A stretch of 64,000 nt of DNA from an uncultured Gammaproteobacteria bacterium (GCA_964565345.1 CAZMEQ010000002.1:7133-71132), one strand, 5' to 3'. Shown: positions 1 to 9,701, counted from the first letter of the stretch. Notes: generated from the letters alone by a model not told the origin. Translations and numbers: made by a program.

Positions 1-2540
1 ACCTCACCGCCAACAGCTGTAATTTGAATAGAATAAATATCAAAATCCGCTGTCGCTGCATAGTCAGGTTGTATCTTAATAATTTGATAAACCGTAACCC
101 AACTATCCAGAGGAGCCGAAGATAAGTCTGCTTTACCATTCTCTAATTCTTCTCCCCTAAATTTAGAATCTGTTTGAAACACGTCTGCAAGTAGTGTTTT
201 CCATTCAAATGTAACATTCGCTTCTGCTGTTTTTTTCTTAGCTTTAGCCGAAACCGCAAAATACCTCACATGGTCTTTGGCTGGCAAAGAAAATTGAGGC
301 TTCATATAAACATCCTCACCTGAGGCTAAAGATAATGCCGCCAAACCAGCAAATGAGTCAGACACTAGCTCAATCCCAACATCAGCCGGTAAATCAACCT
401 TATTCCACCACCCCTGCGCTTCATTATCATTCAAATCTGGCGAATTAATATCTCCAGTAAAAATTTCAAACCCGCCGTTTTCTATTAAGCTCGTGCCCGA
501 ACCAGCATAAGTTCGCACAAAACGAGTACAGCCTTCATCATTGGGCGAACATTCAAAATCTTTAATATTTTTATTTAATTGAATGCTATCATAAGTACAA
601 CTAGCACCGCCACAAGTATCATCATCAGGAAGCTTCCAATCCCAATTAGCAGCACTATTTCTAATTGTACTATATACTTTACAACCAGCATTATTAGGGT
701 CGCAACCAGTGGTATCGACCGTGTTCACCAAATAACTGGCCTTTTCTCCACCTTCAACTTTGGTTACTGTTCGACAACTATCATACTGAGCCGAACACTC
801 GGTGCCACCAAAGCGAAAAACGTTTTGTTCGGCCGCACAATACCCCCAGGCCTTGCATTTACCAGTCTCGTCTTGTTTAATACAAGTTTTTAAGTCGGCG
901 CAAACAGGTGCGCGCTTATCAGACCCAGCCCCAATTAAAGTTGGACCAAAAGCCTCAGCTTCACAACGAGCTAACGGTGCGCGCAAAATCCATTCTGGGT
1001 CAATCAACTTTTCGAACCTGTCTCCCGCTGTAGAGAACTGTTCCATGGCATATTTCAAAGTAATATTTTCACCTTCTTCAACTTTTCGCGCCGCGATTTC
1101 CCAGCCAATAGGGATTATACGGGCTGTGCGCAATTTAACCAAGTTAGAATAACACCACCCCTCTTCATAACAATTGCTCGACTGATTACGTCCATCTGTT
1201 GGTGGAATAAGTGGCAAGTTACCGTTCACTTTACCCGAAGCGATAGCTTCTTTAAGTGACAGTGGTTTATCCTGATCAGCCGAGCGCACTGCTTGGGCGA
1301 AATCATTATCAACCACACAATTATATATTTGTCTGTCTTGCGGGCAACTCGTAAATTGTGTTAACAAATCAATTTGTTTACTCGAAGTAGAAAAGCTAAC
1401 TTTTTGCACCTGAATCGCTTGCGCCATTTCCTTGGCAATTTGCTCTTTATCTTCAAAAATACCAGCCCGAGGTTGATAGCCTTTGGGACTCTTAGTAATA
1501 CCATCCCAAAGCTTTTTTAAGAATGCTTCGGAAAAGGCTTTAGACACAAAAGAATTCACAAAAGCAGCCACAACACTTTCTGGTATTTCTGTAATCACAT
1601 CCAATGATTGTTGCCCCTCGGACTTTTGCATCCCCTTGGTTTGTCTTATATCTTCTTTTGTTACTTCAGTGTTGGCTTCAGGTGGAGTTTTAACAGTGGT
1701 CCCTTCAACCGACGTGGTTGCTTTCATGCCGCCACCGGCTTCCTCACGTTGTTTGCCCTCTGCTTCTTTTAACTTTTGTTGCTCAGCCATTATCTCTTGA
1801 TTCATCTTAATCCACTGCCCCATGTCAGTATATTTCATATCAAAAGAAGCATCAGTCGCTTCTTGCAAAAAGGCTAAACTCATAGCCCCAGGTTTATCTA
1901 AAAACTGCTTGTATTTTGCTACTGTATTGTCATAAAGTGCCTCCCAATTATTAACCAACTTACTAAGAGAACAATCTGGTTGCTGTTGTTCTATCATTCC
2001 AGGATCATCAACATTGGGCAATTCCAACCCTATCATGATTTTTATTTTGATGTCTGGCGTTCTTGGTTCGCAAATATCAAAGCCTGTTTCGCTCCAGACA
2101 ACATCACGCAAATTATCTAACATTTGCCCCACAGTATAATTCATGATATCGCTAGTAAATTTATTCCAGGCTTGTTCATAAAACATGCCACCCTGCCCCC
2201 ATTCTCCAGTCGCCACCCAATCGAGTGTTTGCTCAGCCATTTTTTGTGATAAATAAACCAAAGCATTACGAACAGTTATGGAAGCCGAAAGTAACAGCCC
2301 CTTGTACAAACGCTCCCACACAGTCTGCTTAACCTCCTTAGTTGTTTCCGTTGTCGTCCGTTTCGTTTCTAAGCTAATTGTAGTACTTAAAAGACTGGCT
2401 TCACCAACTTCAGTATCTCCAGCATTAACGACCATCTTCTCCCTAAACAAAAAAGCAGGACTAAAAAGCTGAAAAATGGCTAACAGGATGACTAATCCAA
2501 AAGCACATTTTTTCAGCCATAAATAATTGGGGGCTTTCAT
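1..2540 (-). CDS. 5' part of a very large cysteine-rich exported protein; runs off the left edge and is absent from the ORF track
   Basis: ATG at 2540 gives MKAPNYLWLKKCAFGLVILLAIFQLFSPAF (signal/TM), then ...LDWVATGEWGQGGMFY... The same frame is still open at the window edge (...DFDIYSIQITAVGGE). Spot-checked, not every codon. Confidence 0.8.
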   Translation of the reverse strand, partial: MKAPNYLWLKKCAFGLVILLAIFQLFSPAFLFREKMVVNAGDTEVGEASLLSTTISLETKRTTTETTKEVKQTVWERLYKGLLLSASITVRNALVYLSQKMAEQTLDWVATGEWGQGGMFYEQAWNKFTSDIMNYTVGQMLDNLRDVVWSETGFDICEPRTPDIKIKIMIGLELPNVDDPGMIEQQQPDCSLSKLVNNWEALYDNTVAKYKQFLDKPGAMSLAFLQEATDASFDMKYTDMGQWIKMNQEIMAEQQKLKEAEGKQREEAGGGMKATTSVEGTTVKTPPEANTEVTKEDIRQTKGMQKSEGQQSLDVITEIPESVVAAFVNSFVSKAFSEAFLKKLWDGITKSPKGYQPRAGIFEDKEQIAKEMAQAIQVQKVSFSTSSKQIDLLTQFTSCPQDRQIYNCVVDNDFAQAVRSADQDKPLSLKEAIASGKVNGNLPLIPPTDGRNQSSNCYEEGWCYSNLVKLRTARIIPIGWEIAARKVEEGENITLKYAMEQFSTAGDRFEKLIDPEWILRAPLARCEAEAFGPTLIGAGSDKRAPVCADLKTCIKQDETGKCKAWGYCAAEQNVFRFGGTECSAQYDSCRTVTKVEGGEKASYLVNTVDTTGCDPNNAGCKVYSTIRNSAANWDWKLPDDDTCGGASCTYDSIQLNKNIKDFECSPNDEGCTRFVRTYAGSGTSLIENGGFEIFTGDINSPDLNDNEAQGWWNKVDLPADVGIELVSDSFAGLAALSLASGEDVYMKPQFSLPAKDHVRYFAVSAKAKKKTAEANVTFEWKTLLADVFQTDSKFRGEELENGKADLSSAPLDSWVTVYQIIKIQPDYAATADFDIYSIQITAVGGE

Positions 2541-2556
2541 AGTATTTTTGTAAATT

Positions 2557-3423
2557 TTATTTAATGCTTTTACTTGCTTCTTCGTACGCCTTTTTATAAA
2601 GATCTCTTAGGGTAGCGTCATCAACCTGATTTAAAGTTAAGTCATCAATTCCCTGCTGGCGCAAAATTCTTTTTATTTCTTCAACCGGCACCGTATCCAC
2701 TTCGGCCATAATTTGTTCTGGCGTCTTACCCTGCATAGAGGTATCTACGACGGCACTTTCTTCGGCTAACTGTTGTTGTATCTCGGGATTTTCTTTTAAA
2801 AAGTCCTGATAAAAAGCCTCCAAATCAGCGTCAGACACGGCCGTAACTTGTTCTTCGGTTAATTGCCCCGAAGCTAAAAGCAAAGATCTAATTTGACTGG
2901 CGTTTAGTTTTTGAACTGCAACCGCTGGGGAGACTGCTTCGTCTTGATATAACTCTTCGGTTCTAAAACAATTTTGACCTCGTGGACAATTAGGATCTTC
3001 TTGAGCTTTTATTTCTTCCAAATCATTAATACCATCACTATCTGAATCAGCCAAATAAACACTTGTTTTATAAATGTATAATTCTTCAAAGTCAGTTAGG
3101 CCATCAGCATCCGTATCACGCTGTTTTAAAACCTCTAAATCTTCATCTTTAATATCTTTAACAACCTCAGTATTGTTTTTACTGTTTACTTCAGCTTGTT
3201 TTTTTAAATTAGCGATGGTGATTCCTCCAGGTAACGGGATAGACAACAAATTTCTCATTTGGACTACACTAAAAATAGAAATTAAAATCGCCAGCATAGC
3301 CAAAAAGGCTAACGCGGCGATTTTTTGTCGTTTCTTTTTTTGATAAGCGTAAAAATCATTGCCCTCCTCTGGCGGCTGAAGATCAACTGCTTTATTTTCT
3401 TCTGGATTTAACTCCTCGGCCAT
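2557..3423 (-). CDS. Membrane-anchored protein with bacterial TSP3-like Ca-binding repeats
   Basis: N-terminal TM helix; DTDADGLTDFEE and DSDSDGINDLEE motifs. Confidence 0.75.
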   Translation of the reverse strand: MAEELNPEENKAVDLQPPEEGNDFYAYQKKKRQKIAALAFLAMLAILISIFSVVQMRNLLSIPLPGGITIANLKKQAEVNSKNNTEVVKDIKDEDLEVLKQRDTDADGLTDFEELYIYKTSVYLADSDSDGINDLEEIKAQEDPNCPRGQNCFRTEELYQDEAVSPAVAVQKLNASQIRSLLLASGQLTEEQVTAVSDADLEAFYQDFLKENPEIQQQLAEESAVVDTSMQGKTPEQIMAEVDTVPVEEIKRILRQQGIDDLTLNQVDDATLRDLYKKAYEEASKSIK

Positions 3424-3578
3424 AACGTAAAAAACTAAATTCTAAATATTTTAGGAATTTCGCTTATTTTACTTTTCCTATAAATTACGTCTGCAAACAA
3501 ATTATATCACAATTTGTGCTTTTCAACAAAAAAAGTGGCTAGTTTTCCACAAGAGCACTAAACCACTTTTTTTGAAAC

Positions 3579-4379
3579 TTATTTTTCGATTCCCTGCGCT
3601 AATTTTACCCAATCGAAAAGTGATAATTCTTCCGCCCGAACAGACTCTGAATACCCACGCTCAATTAAAAACTCTTGAATTTTCTGAGGACTATACTCTC
3701 TTAAATTATTCCTTAATTTTTTCCGTTTCTGACTAAACCCAGCCTTAACCAGTTCAAAAAATATTTGGGCTGTAACAGAAAACTTGTTTTTGCGGATATT
3801 CTTAAATTCAATAATAGCGCTCTCCACCTTTGGTGCTGGCTTGAAACTATTTTTTTTAACTGTAAAAAGTAGCTTGGGTTCACAATAAAAATGCACCGAT
3901 AAAGACAAAACACTGTTATTCTGGTCTTTATTACAAATTCGCTCTGCCACCTCTTTTTGCAGCATCAATAACATCGAAGTCGGAGCATATTCTCGCTCCA
4001 AATATAACTTTAGAAACTGACTTGATATGTTATAGGGTAAGTTAGCGATGATCCGGTAAGGTTCTCCCTGAAAAAAATCTTTTAGTTGCTCGTCCGAAAC
4101 CTTCAAAACATCATACTCCAACACGCGAACATTACTCCAGCCAGCAGTAGCTAAACCAGAAATTAAGTCACTGTCTTTTTCGACAGCTAAAACTCTTTTT
4201 GCTCGAGTGGCCAATTCTTGAGTCAAAACACCCCGCCCCGGCCCCACCTCCAAAACATTATCTGTTTTTTTGACTTGAGCCACCTCAATAATTTTTCGCA
4301 AGATATTCTTATCAACTAAAAAATTTTGCCCAAGATATTTTTTGGGTTGATGTTTATTGGTTGTTTTTTTTCCATTCAT
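3579..4379 (-). CDS. rsmA: 16S rRNA m6,6A dimethyltransferase (KsgA)
   Basis: PKKYLGQNFL, VLEVGPGRG, IANLPYNIS, MLQKEVAER, RAEELS. Confidence 0.97.
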   Translation of the reverse strand: MNGKKTTNKHQPKKYLGQNFLVDKNILRKIIEVAQVKKTDNVLEVGPGRGVLTQELATRAKRVLAVEKDSDLISGLATAGWSNVRVLEYDVLKVSDEQLKDFFQGEPYRIIANLPYNISSQFLKLYLEREYAPTSMLLMLQKEVAERICNKDQNNSVLSLSVHFYCEPKLLFTVKKNSFKPAPKVESAIIEFKNIRKNKFSVTAQIFFELVKAGFSQKRKKLRNNLREYSPQKIQEFLIERGYSESVRAEELSLFDWVKLAQGIEK

Positions 4380-4387
4380 GTTATTTT

Positions 4388-5326
4388 TTAGTTCTGCTGT
4401 TCATTTACAAACCATTCCACTGTTTTTTCAATACCATCCTCCATACTAACACGAGGCGACCACCCCAAAGCTTTTTTAATTTTTTCGGTATTTAAACAAC
4501 TTACCTTTTGGCCCGAAAAAACATCAACGTGTTTGGGCGCAAAATCTTTATCTAAACATCCCTGGACTAATTTAAAAACTTCATTAACAGTTGTTTGTCG
4601 TCCAGTTCCAACATTGTATGTATCACATTTGTCACTTTGAAAAACTTTTAGATTTGCTTCCACAACATCGCCCACATAAACAAAGTCCCTGGTTTGATGT
4701 CCATCGCCGTGAATAACAGGGTGTTCCCCAGCCAGTATTTTTTCAGCAAAAATTGAGACCACCCCAGCCTCGCCCTTACTGTTTTGCCGTGGTCCGTAAA
4801 CATTAGCGTAACGAGTAATCCCATATTTTAACCCACGATTCTCATAATAAAAACGAATATAATTTTCTACCGCTAATTTGGCTATACCATAAGGTGACAG
4901 TGGTGCACATGGATATTCCTCGGGAGTCGGGACAACTTCCGCCTCCCCGTATAGCGCTCCTCCGGTTGAAGAGAACATTATCTTTTTTACACCAAAATCA
5001 ACGCAATTATCTAAAACATTTAAACTCCCTATAACATTCACATCTGCGTCAAAGATGGGGTCTTCTACCGAACGATTAACATTAATTTGGGCCGCAAAAT
5101 GAAAAACATAGTCTGGCTGTTCTTTTTGAAAAATTTCTCTTAGCTCCGATTCTCGGATGTCCACCTGATAAAACACAACGCTTTCGGGTATGTTCTTTCT
5201 ATTGCCACTTGAGAGATCGTCCACCACCACAACCTTATACCCCTCCTTTAACAACATATCCACTTGGTGTGAACCAATAAACCCAGCTCCACCTGTAACT
5301 AATACTTTCCCTTTGTTTGTAAACAT
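4388..5326 (-). CDS. NAD-dependent epimerase, UDP-glucose 4-epimerase-like
   Basis: VLVTGGAGFIGSH, SSTGGALYG, YGIAK (YxxxK), RYANVYGPRQ; start refined to ATG 5326. Confidence 0.92.
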   Translation of the reverse strand: MFTNKGKVLVTGGAGFIGSHQVDMLLKEGYKVVVVDDLSSGNRKNIPESVVFYQVDIRESELREIFQKEQPDYVFHFAAQINVNRSVEDPIFDADVNVIGSLNVLDNCVDFGVKKIMFSSTGGALYGEAEVVPTPEEYPCAPLSPYGIAKLAVENYIRFYYENRGLKYGITRYANVYGPRQNSKGEAGVVSIFAEKILAGEHPVIHGDGHQTRDFVYVGDVVEANLKVFQSDKCDTYNVGTGRQTTVNEVFKLVQGCLDKDFAPKHVDVFSGQKVSCLNTEKIKKALGWSPRVSMEDGIEKTVEWFVNEQQN

Positions 5327-5349
5327 ATAGGTCAAAATTATTATTACAA

Positions 5350-5380
5350 TAATCAATAAAACAAAGAAACAATAAAACAA
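5350..5380. repeat. Short 8-bp tandem repeat, inverted relative to the 5752-5929 array
   Basis: taatcaa taaaacaa agaaacaa taaaacaa directly after the four-helix-bundle stop codon. Confidence 0.6.
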
Positions 5381-5740
5381 CTATTTTGCCGTACGTAATA
5401 AGTTCTTAATTTCTGTCCACAGCATGGCTCCGATTTCATCAACAAGTTTATCGGCTTTTTTGAAGTTAGTCTTATTTATTAATTTATCAAAAGCACAAAG
5501 TTCAACCAAGTATTTAGATTCTTTTAATGATCCGTAAGAAATTTCTAAAAAATTCAATCTAACTCGGCTTCGATTACGTGCATAACCTTCTACATAGTTG
5601 AGCGCAATGGATAATGTTGATCGTCGTAATTGAGATGTAATTCCATACATTTCGCTTACGGGGAAATCTTTTGTCCAACCGTAGATTAGTCGAACATATT
5701 CATCCATCTTTTGTTTTAACTTTACTTGATATTCGTTCAT
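5381..5740 (-). CDS. Four-helix-bundle protein (23S rRNA IVS protein / TIGR02436-like)
   Basis: FPVSEMYGITSQLRRSTLSIALNYVEGYAR...FLEISYGSLKE signature. Confidence 0.9.
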   Translation of the reverse strand: MNEYQVKLKQKMDEYVRLIYGWTKDFPVSEMYGITSQLRRSTLSIALNYVEGYARNRSRVRLNFLEISYGSLKESKYLVELCAFDKLINKTNFKKADKLVDEIGAMLWTEIKNLLRTAK

Positions 5741-5751
5741 AGCTCAACGTT

Positions 5752-5929
5752 TTGTTTTCTTGCTTTCTTGCTTTTTTGCTTTCTTGTTTTCTTGCTTTCT
5801 TGCTTTTTGCTTTCTTGCTTTTTTGCTTTCTTGTTTTCTTGCTTTTTTGCTTTTTTGTTTTCTTGCTTTTTTGCTTTTTTGCTTTCTTGCTTTTTTGTTT
5901 TCTTGCTTTTTTGCTTTCTTGCTTTCTTG
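5752..5929. repeat. Tandem array of 22 units of TTG(C/T)TTT(C/T)
   Basis: Counted units TTGCTTTC, TTGCTTTT and TTGTTTTC (one unit is 7 nt). Confidence 0.95.
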
Positions 5930-5941
5930 ACTCTAGTTTAT

Positions 5942-6109
5942 TTATTTTGAATTACGCCACTGATCAAACGGAATCAATCCATCGACTTTAAACTCCTTAT
6001 TCACAGGTGGTGCATTGATTGGTTTTTTATTTTCTTGCCATAAATAAACGAACACAAAACCTAAAAGAACAATAATTAAAATCAGAAAAAATAAAATGGC
6101 GTAGCGCAT
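5942..6109 (-). CDS. Small single-TM protein, 55 aa (not in ORF track)
   Basis: ATG 1 nt after the prfB stop; MRYAILFFLILIIVLLGFVFVYLWQENKKPINAPPVNKEFKVDGLIPFDQWRNSK. Confidence 0.6.
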   Translation of the reverse strand: MRYAILFFLILIIVLLGFVFVYLWQENKKPINAPPVNKEFKVDGLIPFDQWRNSK

Positions 6110-6110
6110 A

Positions 6111-7205
6111 CTATTTTATTTGTGAGCGTAAATAACTTTCCATAAAAGGCAACAATTCCCCATCCAAAACATCATCAACATTAGTCGCTTCAAAATCGGT
6201 TCGATGATCTTTAACTAGTTTATACGGATGAATAACATACGAACGCGCTTGATTCCCCCAAGCTGCCTCAGTATATTCACCACGTAAACGGGCTCGTTCT
6301 TCTTCGACTTCTGTCTGATAATATTGTTGCAATTTAGATTTTAAAACTTTTAACGCTTTTTCTTTATTTTGCGCTTGAGACCGTTCGTTTTGACAACTGA
6401 CGACTATGTTTGTGGGTAAATGAGTAATACGGACTGCTGAATCAGTCGTGTTTACACTCTGCCCGCCCTTTCCGCTAGATCGAAAGGTGTCAATGCGTAA
6501 ATCATCCGACTTAATTCCTATTTCTACGCTATCCGGAAGAAATGGCAAAACCTCCACTAAAGCAAAAGAAGTATGCCGCATTTTTTCTGCATCAAAGGGC
6601 GAGATCCGCACTAAACGGTGCACCCCTGCTTCTGACTTTAAATAGCCATAAGCATGACGGCCTATAACCTCAAATAGGACGCTTTTTATACCCGCCTCCC
6701 CCCCATACGATGTTGTTATAATGTTTGTTTTCCAGCCTTGTTTTTCACAAAAGCGCAAATACATCCGTAACAACATTTCGGCCCAATCTTGAGCGTCGGT
6801 CCCACCAGCGCCCGCATGAATCGCAACTATGGTGTCTGCACCATCATAGTCGCCCGCAAAAAGTAGATTGAATTCTTCGGTAGCAAAAACAGTTTCTAAC
6901 TTAACAATTTGCTGCTCAACTTCTGTGCGCAAATTAACTGACTGGTCTTCGTCATCTAACTTAGTAATTTCTAGTAAATCACTTATATCACGTTTAATTT
7001 TTTGCCAAAATTGTACTTCTGTTTCTAAATCGCTGGCGCGACGAGCAATTAGCGTCGCCTTATCTTGGTTGTCCCAAAAACCAGGTGTACTCATTTCATT
7101 TTGCAAATGAATGCTTTCTTCTTTTTTCTCATCAATCTTAAGCAACTGCCATGCGCTTAACAATCTGTCCCGCAAGGCCGAAATACGATTGATAAGATCT
7201 TGCAT
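6111..7205 (-). CDS. prfB: Peptide chain release factor 2, continuous ORF
   Basis: GAGGTDAQDW, RISPFD (SPF), GGQ, WGNQARSY. Confidence 0.97.
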   Translation of the reverse strand: MQDLINRISALRDRLLSAWQLLKIDEKKEESIHLQNEMSTPGFWDNQDKATLIARRASDLETEVQFWQKIKRDISDLLEITKLDDEDQSVNLRTEVEQQIVKLETVFATEEFNLLFAGDYDGADTIVAIHAGAGGTDAQDWAEMLLRMYLRFCEKQGWKTNIITTSYGGEAGIKSVLFEVIGRHAYGYLKSEAGVHRLVRISPFDAEKMRHTSFALVEVLPFLPDSVEIGIKSDDLRIDTFRSSGKGGQSVNTTDSAVRITHLPTNIVVSCQNERSQAQNKEKALKVLKSKLQQYYQTEVEEERARLRGEYTEAAWGNQARSYVIHPYKLVKDHRTDFEATNVDDVLDGELLPFMESYLRSQIK

Positions 7206-7206
7206 A

Positions 7207-8415
7207 TTACTCAGTCCTTTCTGTCAATTTAACTGTTACTGTTTTTTCTTCTTTTTCCCGTGCGTACTTTATGGTGACTTCATCACCTGGCTGATATTTA
7301 TTTACCTCTTGGACCAAAGGATGTTCAGCATCAATCTTAACACCATTAATTTCTAAAATAATGTCCTTTTCCTTTAACTCCGCACTAGCCGCTGGGCTGT
7401 CTGGCACTATGGCTGGTTCAGTTGCTCCACCACCGGTAATCAAGGCTCCGTATTGATAATCTAATTTTCTTTTTTCAGCTACTTCCTCGTCTATTTGAAC
7501 ATAGCGAACTCCAAGCCAAGGACGTACAATCTTGCCATATTTTTTAACACTCTCAATCACAGTTTTAGCTTGATTAATTGGGATAGAAAAACCAATGGCC
7601 TCAGCTTGCTGAGAGATAGCTGTATTAATAGCAATAACTTGCCCCGACAAGTTCATCAAAGGTCCACCAGAGTTTCCCGGATTAATAGCCGCGTCAGTCT
7701 GAATCGCCCCGTCAATAACTTCGGCTCCACTATAAAAATCGCCGGCCGTAATTCTTCTATTAATTCCACTGACAATGCCACGCGTTACAGTATTCCTGAA
7801 TTCACTTAAAGAATTTCCAATCGCAATTACTGTTTGCCCCAATTGCAAAGAATCCGAATCCCCTAGTTCTACGGTCGGTAAATTATTAGCTTCTATTTTT
7901 AAAACAGCTAAATCACTAACCACATCTCGTGCTAAAACTTTTGCAGGATACTTTTCACTACTATTCAAAATGACTGTATATTCTGCGTCTTCATCAAAAA
8001 CCACGTGTTTATTCGTAACAATAAGACCATCCTCAGAAACAATAAAGCCTGTCCCGCCACCTATTTCTTGTTTTTGTTTGGCTTCTGGTTTTAGGGTAAT
8101 TCCATTGTTTTCAAAGCCAAAGACATCGGGGCCAGTCTGATTAAACAAATTTGTTAACTCTTTACTAACAACAATACTAACCACGGCCGGCGCGGTTTTT
8201 TTAACTGCTGCGATAGTCGCAGACTCTTCTTCAAGCGTCACGGTTTTGTTAAAAATTCCGCCAGAATTAATTGTTGAATTTAAAAATTCTTGCCCCCAGT
8301 TTTGGCTCATGAGATATGGACGTAAAAAGAAAGAACCTAGCACGCCCCCCAAAGACCCCACCACTAAACTAATAATGATAATTAAGGCTAAATAGCCACG
8401 TGTTTCTTTTTGCAT
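7207..8415 (-). CDS. HtrA/DegP-family serine protease with PDZ domain
   Basis: TM anchor; TNKHV, DLAVLKI, QTDAAINPGNSGGPL; C-terminal PDZ. Confidence 0.95.
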   Translation of the reverse strand: MQKETRGYLALIIIISLVVGSLGGVLGSFFLRPYLMSQNWGQEFLNSTINSGGIFNKTVTLEEESATIAAVKKTAPAVVSIVVSKELTNLFNQTGPDVFGFENNGITLKPEAKQKQEIGGGTGFIVSEDGLIVTNKHVVFDEDAEYTVILNSSEKYPAKVLARDVVSDLAVLKIEANNLPTVELGDSDSLQLGQTVIAIGNSLSEFRNTVTRGIVSGINRRITAGDFYSGAEVIDGAIQTDAAINPGNSGGPLMNLSGQVIAINTAISQQAEAIGFSIPINQAKTVIESVKKYGKIVRPWLGVRYVQIDEEVAEKRKLDYQYGALITGGGATEPAIVPDSPAASAELKEKDIILEINGVKIDAEHPLVQEVNKYQPGDEVTIKYAREKEEKTVTVKLTERTE

Positions 8416-8462
8416 ATTTTTTTATAATAAAACACTTTGCATTATACAAGGTGTTTAATTTA

Positions 8463-8744
8463 TCATTTCTTAATTAAATCGAAAACTCCATTATATACAG
8501 CGCCCGAACCAGTAGCTGCATTAAACTCTTGCATCATGTTCTGATATAACTTCATTGTTTCACGCAAATAAGGTACCGCAAAGAAAATTGCAAAAACCAG
8601 TGGAACAATAATTAAAATTAATTTTAATATGTTCATAATATGTTGCATGAAAATGAAACGCTTCACCTTCACCAACATTTTATGCATTTCTTTGGTGTAT
8701 TCGAGATTTTTCTGCAACAACTGCTTAATTTCCTCCTCGTGCAT
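8463..8744 (-). CDS. Small membrane protein
   Basis: One TM helix; start refined to MHEEEIK (ATG 8744). Confidence 0.65.
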   Translation of the reverse strand: MHEEEIKQLLQKNLEYTKEMHKMLVKVKRFIFMQHIMNILKLILIIVPLVFAIFFAVPYLRETMKLYQNMMQEFNAATGSGAVYNGVFDLIKK

Positions 8745-8752
8745 ATAGATAA

Positions 8753-9439
8753 TTAACGTACACGGCAAACTTTAAACCAATCTTTAAATGTTTGCATGAT
8801 CTCGTTTAATTGTTTTTTGGTATAAGTCATCTTACTCAAAAATTCTGGGTCAACTAAAGCGGCCGCTGGACGAAATTGTTGTAAAAAATACTTGTCAGCG
8901 CCTCTAATTTGCCGCGCCATGGCTAAAATGTCTTTTTCGGGATGCAAAGCCGGTAAAACCGTAGAACGGAATTCATACGGAATCTTCCCCTCCTTAATAA
9001 TTAAAACACTTTCTTTTACTTTCTCCAAGTCCGAAGGTCGCACCACAATTCGATCATATTTCTTCCAGGGCGCCTTAATATCCATAGCAATATAATCAAT
9101 TAGGCCCTTATTGATCAACCTTTTTATAATAGAGGGACGATGGCCGTTTGTATCCAATTTAACTGCATAACCCAAATGTTTTACTCTTTTGATAAAATCA
9201 ACCAAGTCACTTTGCAAGGTTGGCTCTCCGCCGGTAATACAAACACCATCAACCAAATCTTTACGACTTTTTAAAAAATCAAAAATAGTTTCTTCGGGAA
9301 TAACTTTAGCTATTCCTTTTACTATTTCCGGATTATGACAAAAAGAGCAGCGATAATTGCATCCAATAGTGAAAATGGTCGCTGCTATTTTTCCCGGGTA
9401 ATCAACCAAAGTTGTTTTTTGTAATCCGCCGATAAGCAT
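8753..9439 (-). CDS. nrdG: Anaerobic RNR activating enzyme (radical SAM)
   Basis: GCNYRCSFCHN, ITGGEPTLQ, KLDTNG; adjacent to nrdD. Confidence 0.93.
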   Translation of the reverse strand: MLIGGLQKTTLVDYPGKIAATIFTIGCNYRCSFCHNPEIVKGIAKVIPEETIFDFLKSRKDLVDGVCITGGEPTLQSDLVDFIKRVKHLGYAVKLDTNGHRPSIIKRLINKGLIDYIAMDIKAPWKKYDRIVVRPSDLEKVKESVLIIKEGKIPYEFRSTVLPALHPEKDILAMARQIRGADKYFLQQFRPAAALVDPEFLSKMTYTKKQLNEIMQTFKDWFKVCRVR

Positions 9440-9472
9440 ATATTCGATCGCCTGGGGCGATGGCCAAAAGAA

Positions 9473-9613
9473 CTATTTTAAAGCTCGATCATATGTTTTT
9501 CTATCACCGAATTCCTCTCTTTTACCCTTATTCCAACGGTGAATTGGACTTAAATAGCCCACGACTCGAGAATATACTTCACACTTTTGACGCTCCATTT
9601 TTTGTGCAGTCAT
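9473..9613 (-). CDS. Stand-alone NrdD glycyl-radical C-terminal peptide (46 aa)
   Basis: CEVYSRVVGYLSPIHRWNKGKREEFGDR matches the NrdD RxxGY tail; ATG at 9613. Confidence 0.85.
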   Translation of the reverse strand: MTAQKMERQKCEVYSRVVGYLSPIHRWNKGKREEFGDRKTYDRALK

Positions 9614-9619
9614 ATTTTC

Positions 9620-9690
9620 TAGTAACCAGATGCTAGTAACAAGTAACCAACCAACCCAGTTACTCATTACTCATTACCCGTTACTTATTA
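9620..9690. repeat. Inverted heptamer repeat cluster (AGTAAC.. / ..GTTACT)
   Basis: agtaac x3 facing gttactc attactc attaccc gttactt. Confidence 0.65.
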
Positions 9691-9701
9691 TTTATTTTTA
9701 T

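Noticed and set aside
579-2472. Short plus-strand ORFs at the left end
   Set aside because: Antisense shadows of the long minus-strand gene starting at 2540.
5381-5740. Diversity-generating retroelement (Avd-like fold)
   Set aside because: No reverse transcriptase and no TR/VR repeat pair seen in the window.
5752-5929. Possible CRISPR array
   Set aside because: Units are 8 bp with no spacers, and there are no cas genes in the window.
5726-5991. Plus-strand Phe/Leu/Cys-rich ORFs (74 and 79 aa)
   Set aside because: Translation artefacts of the 8-bp T-rich tandem array.
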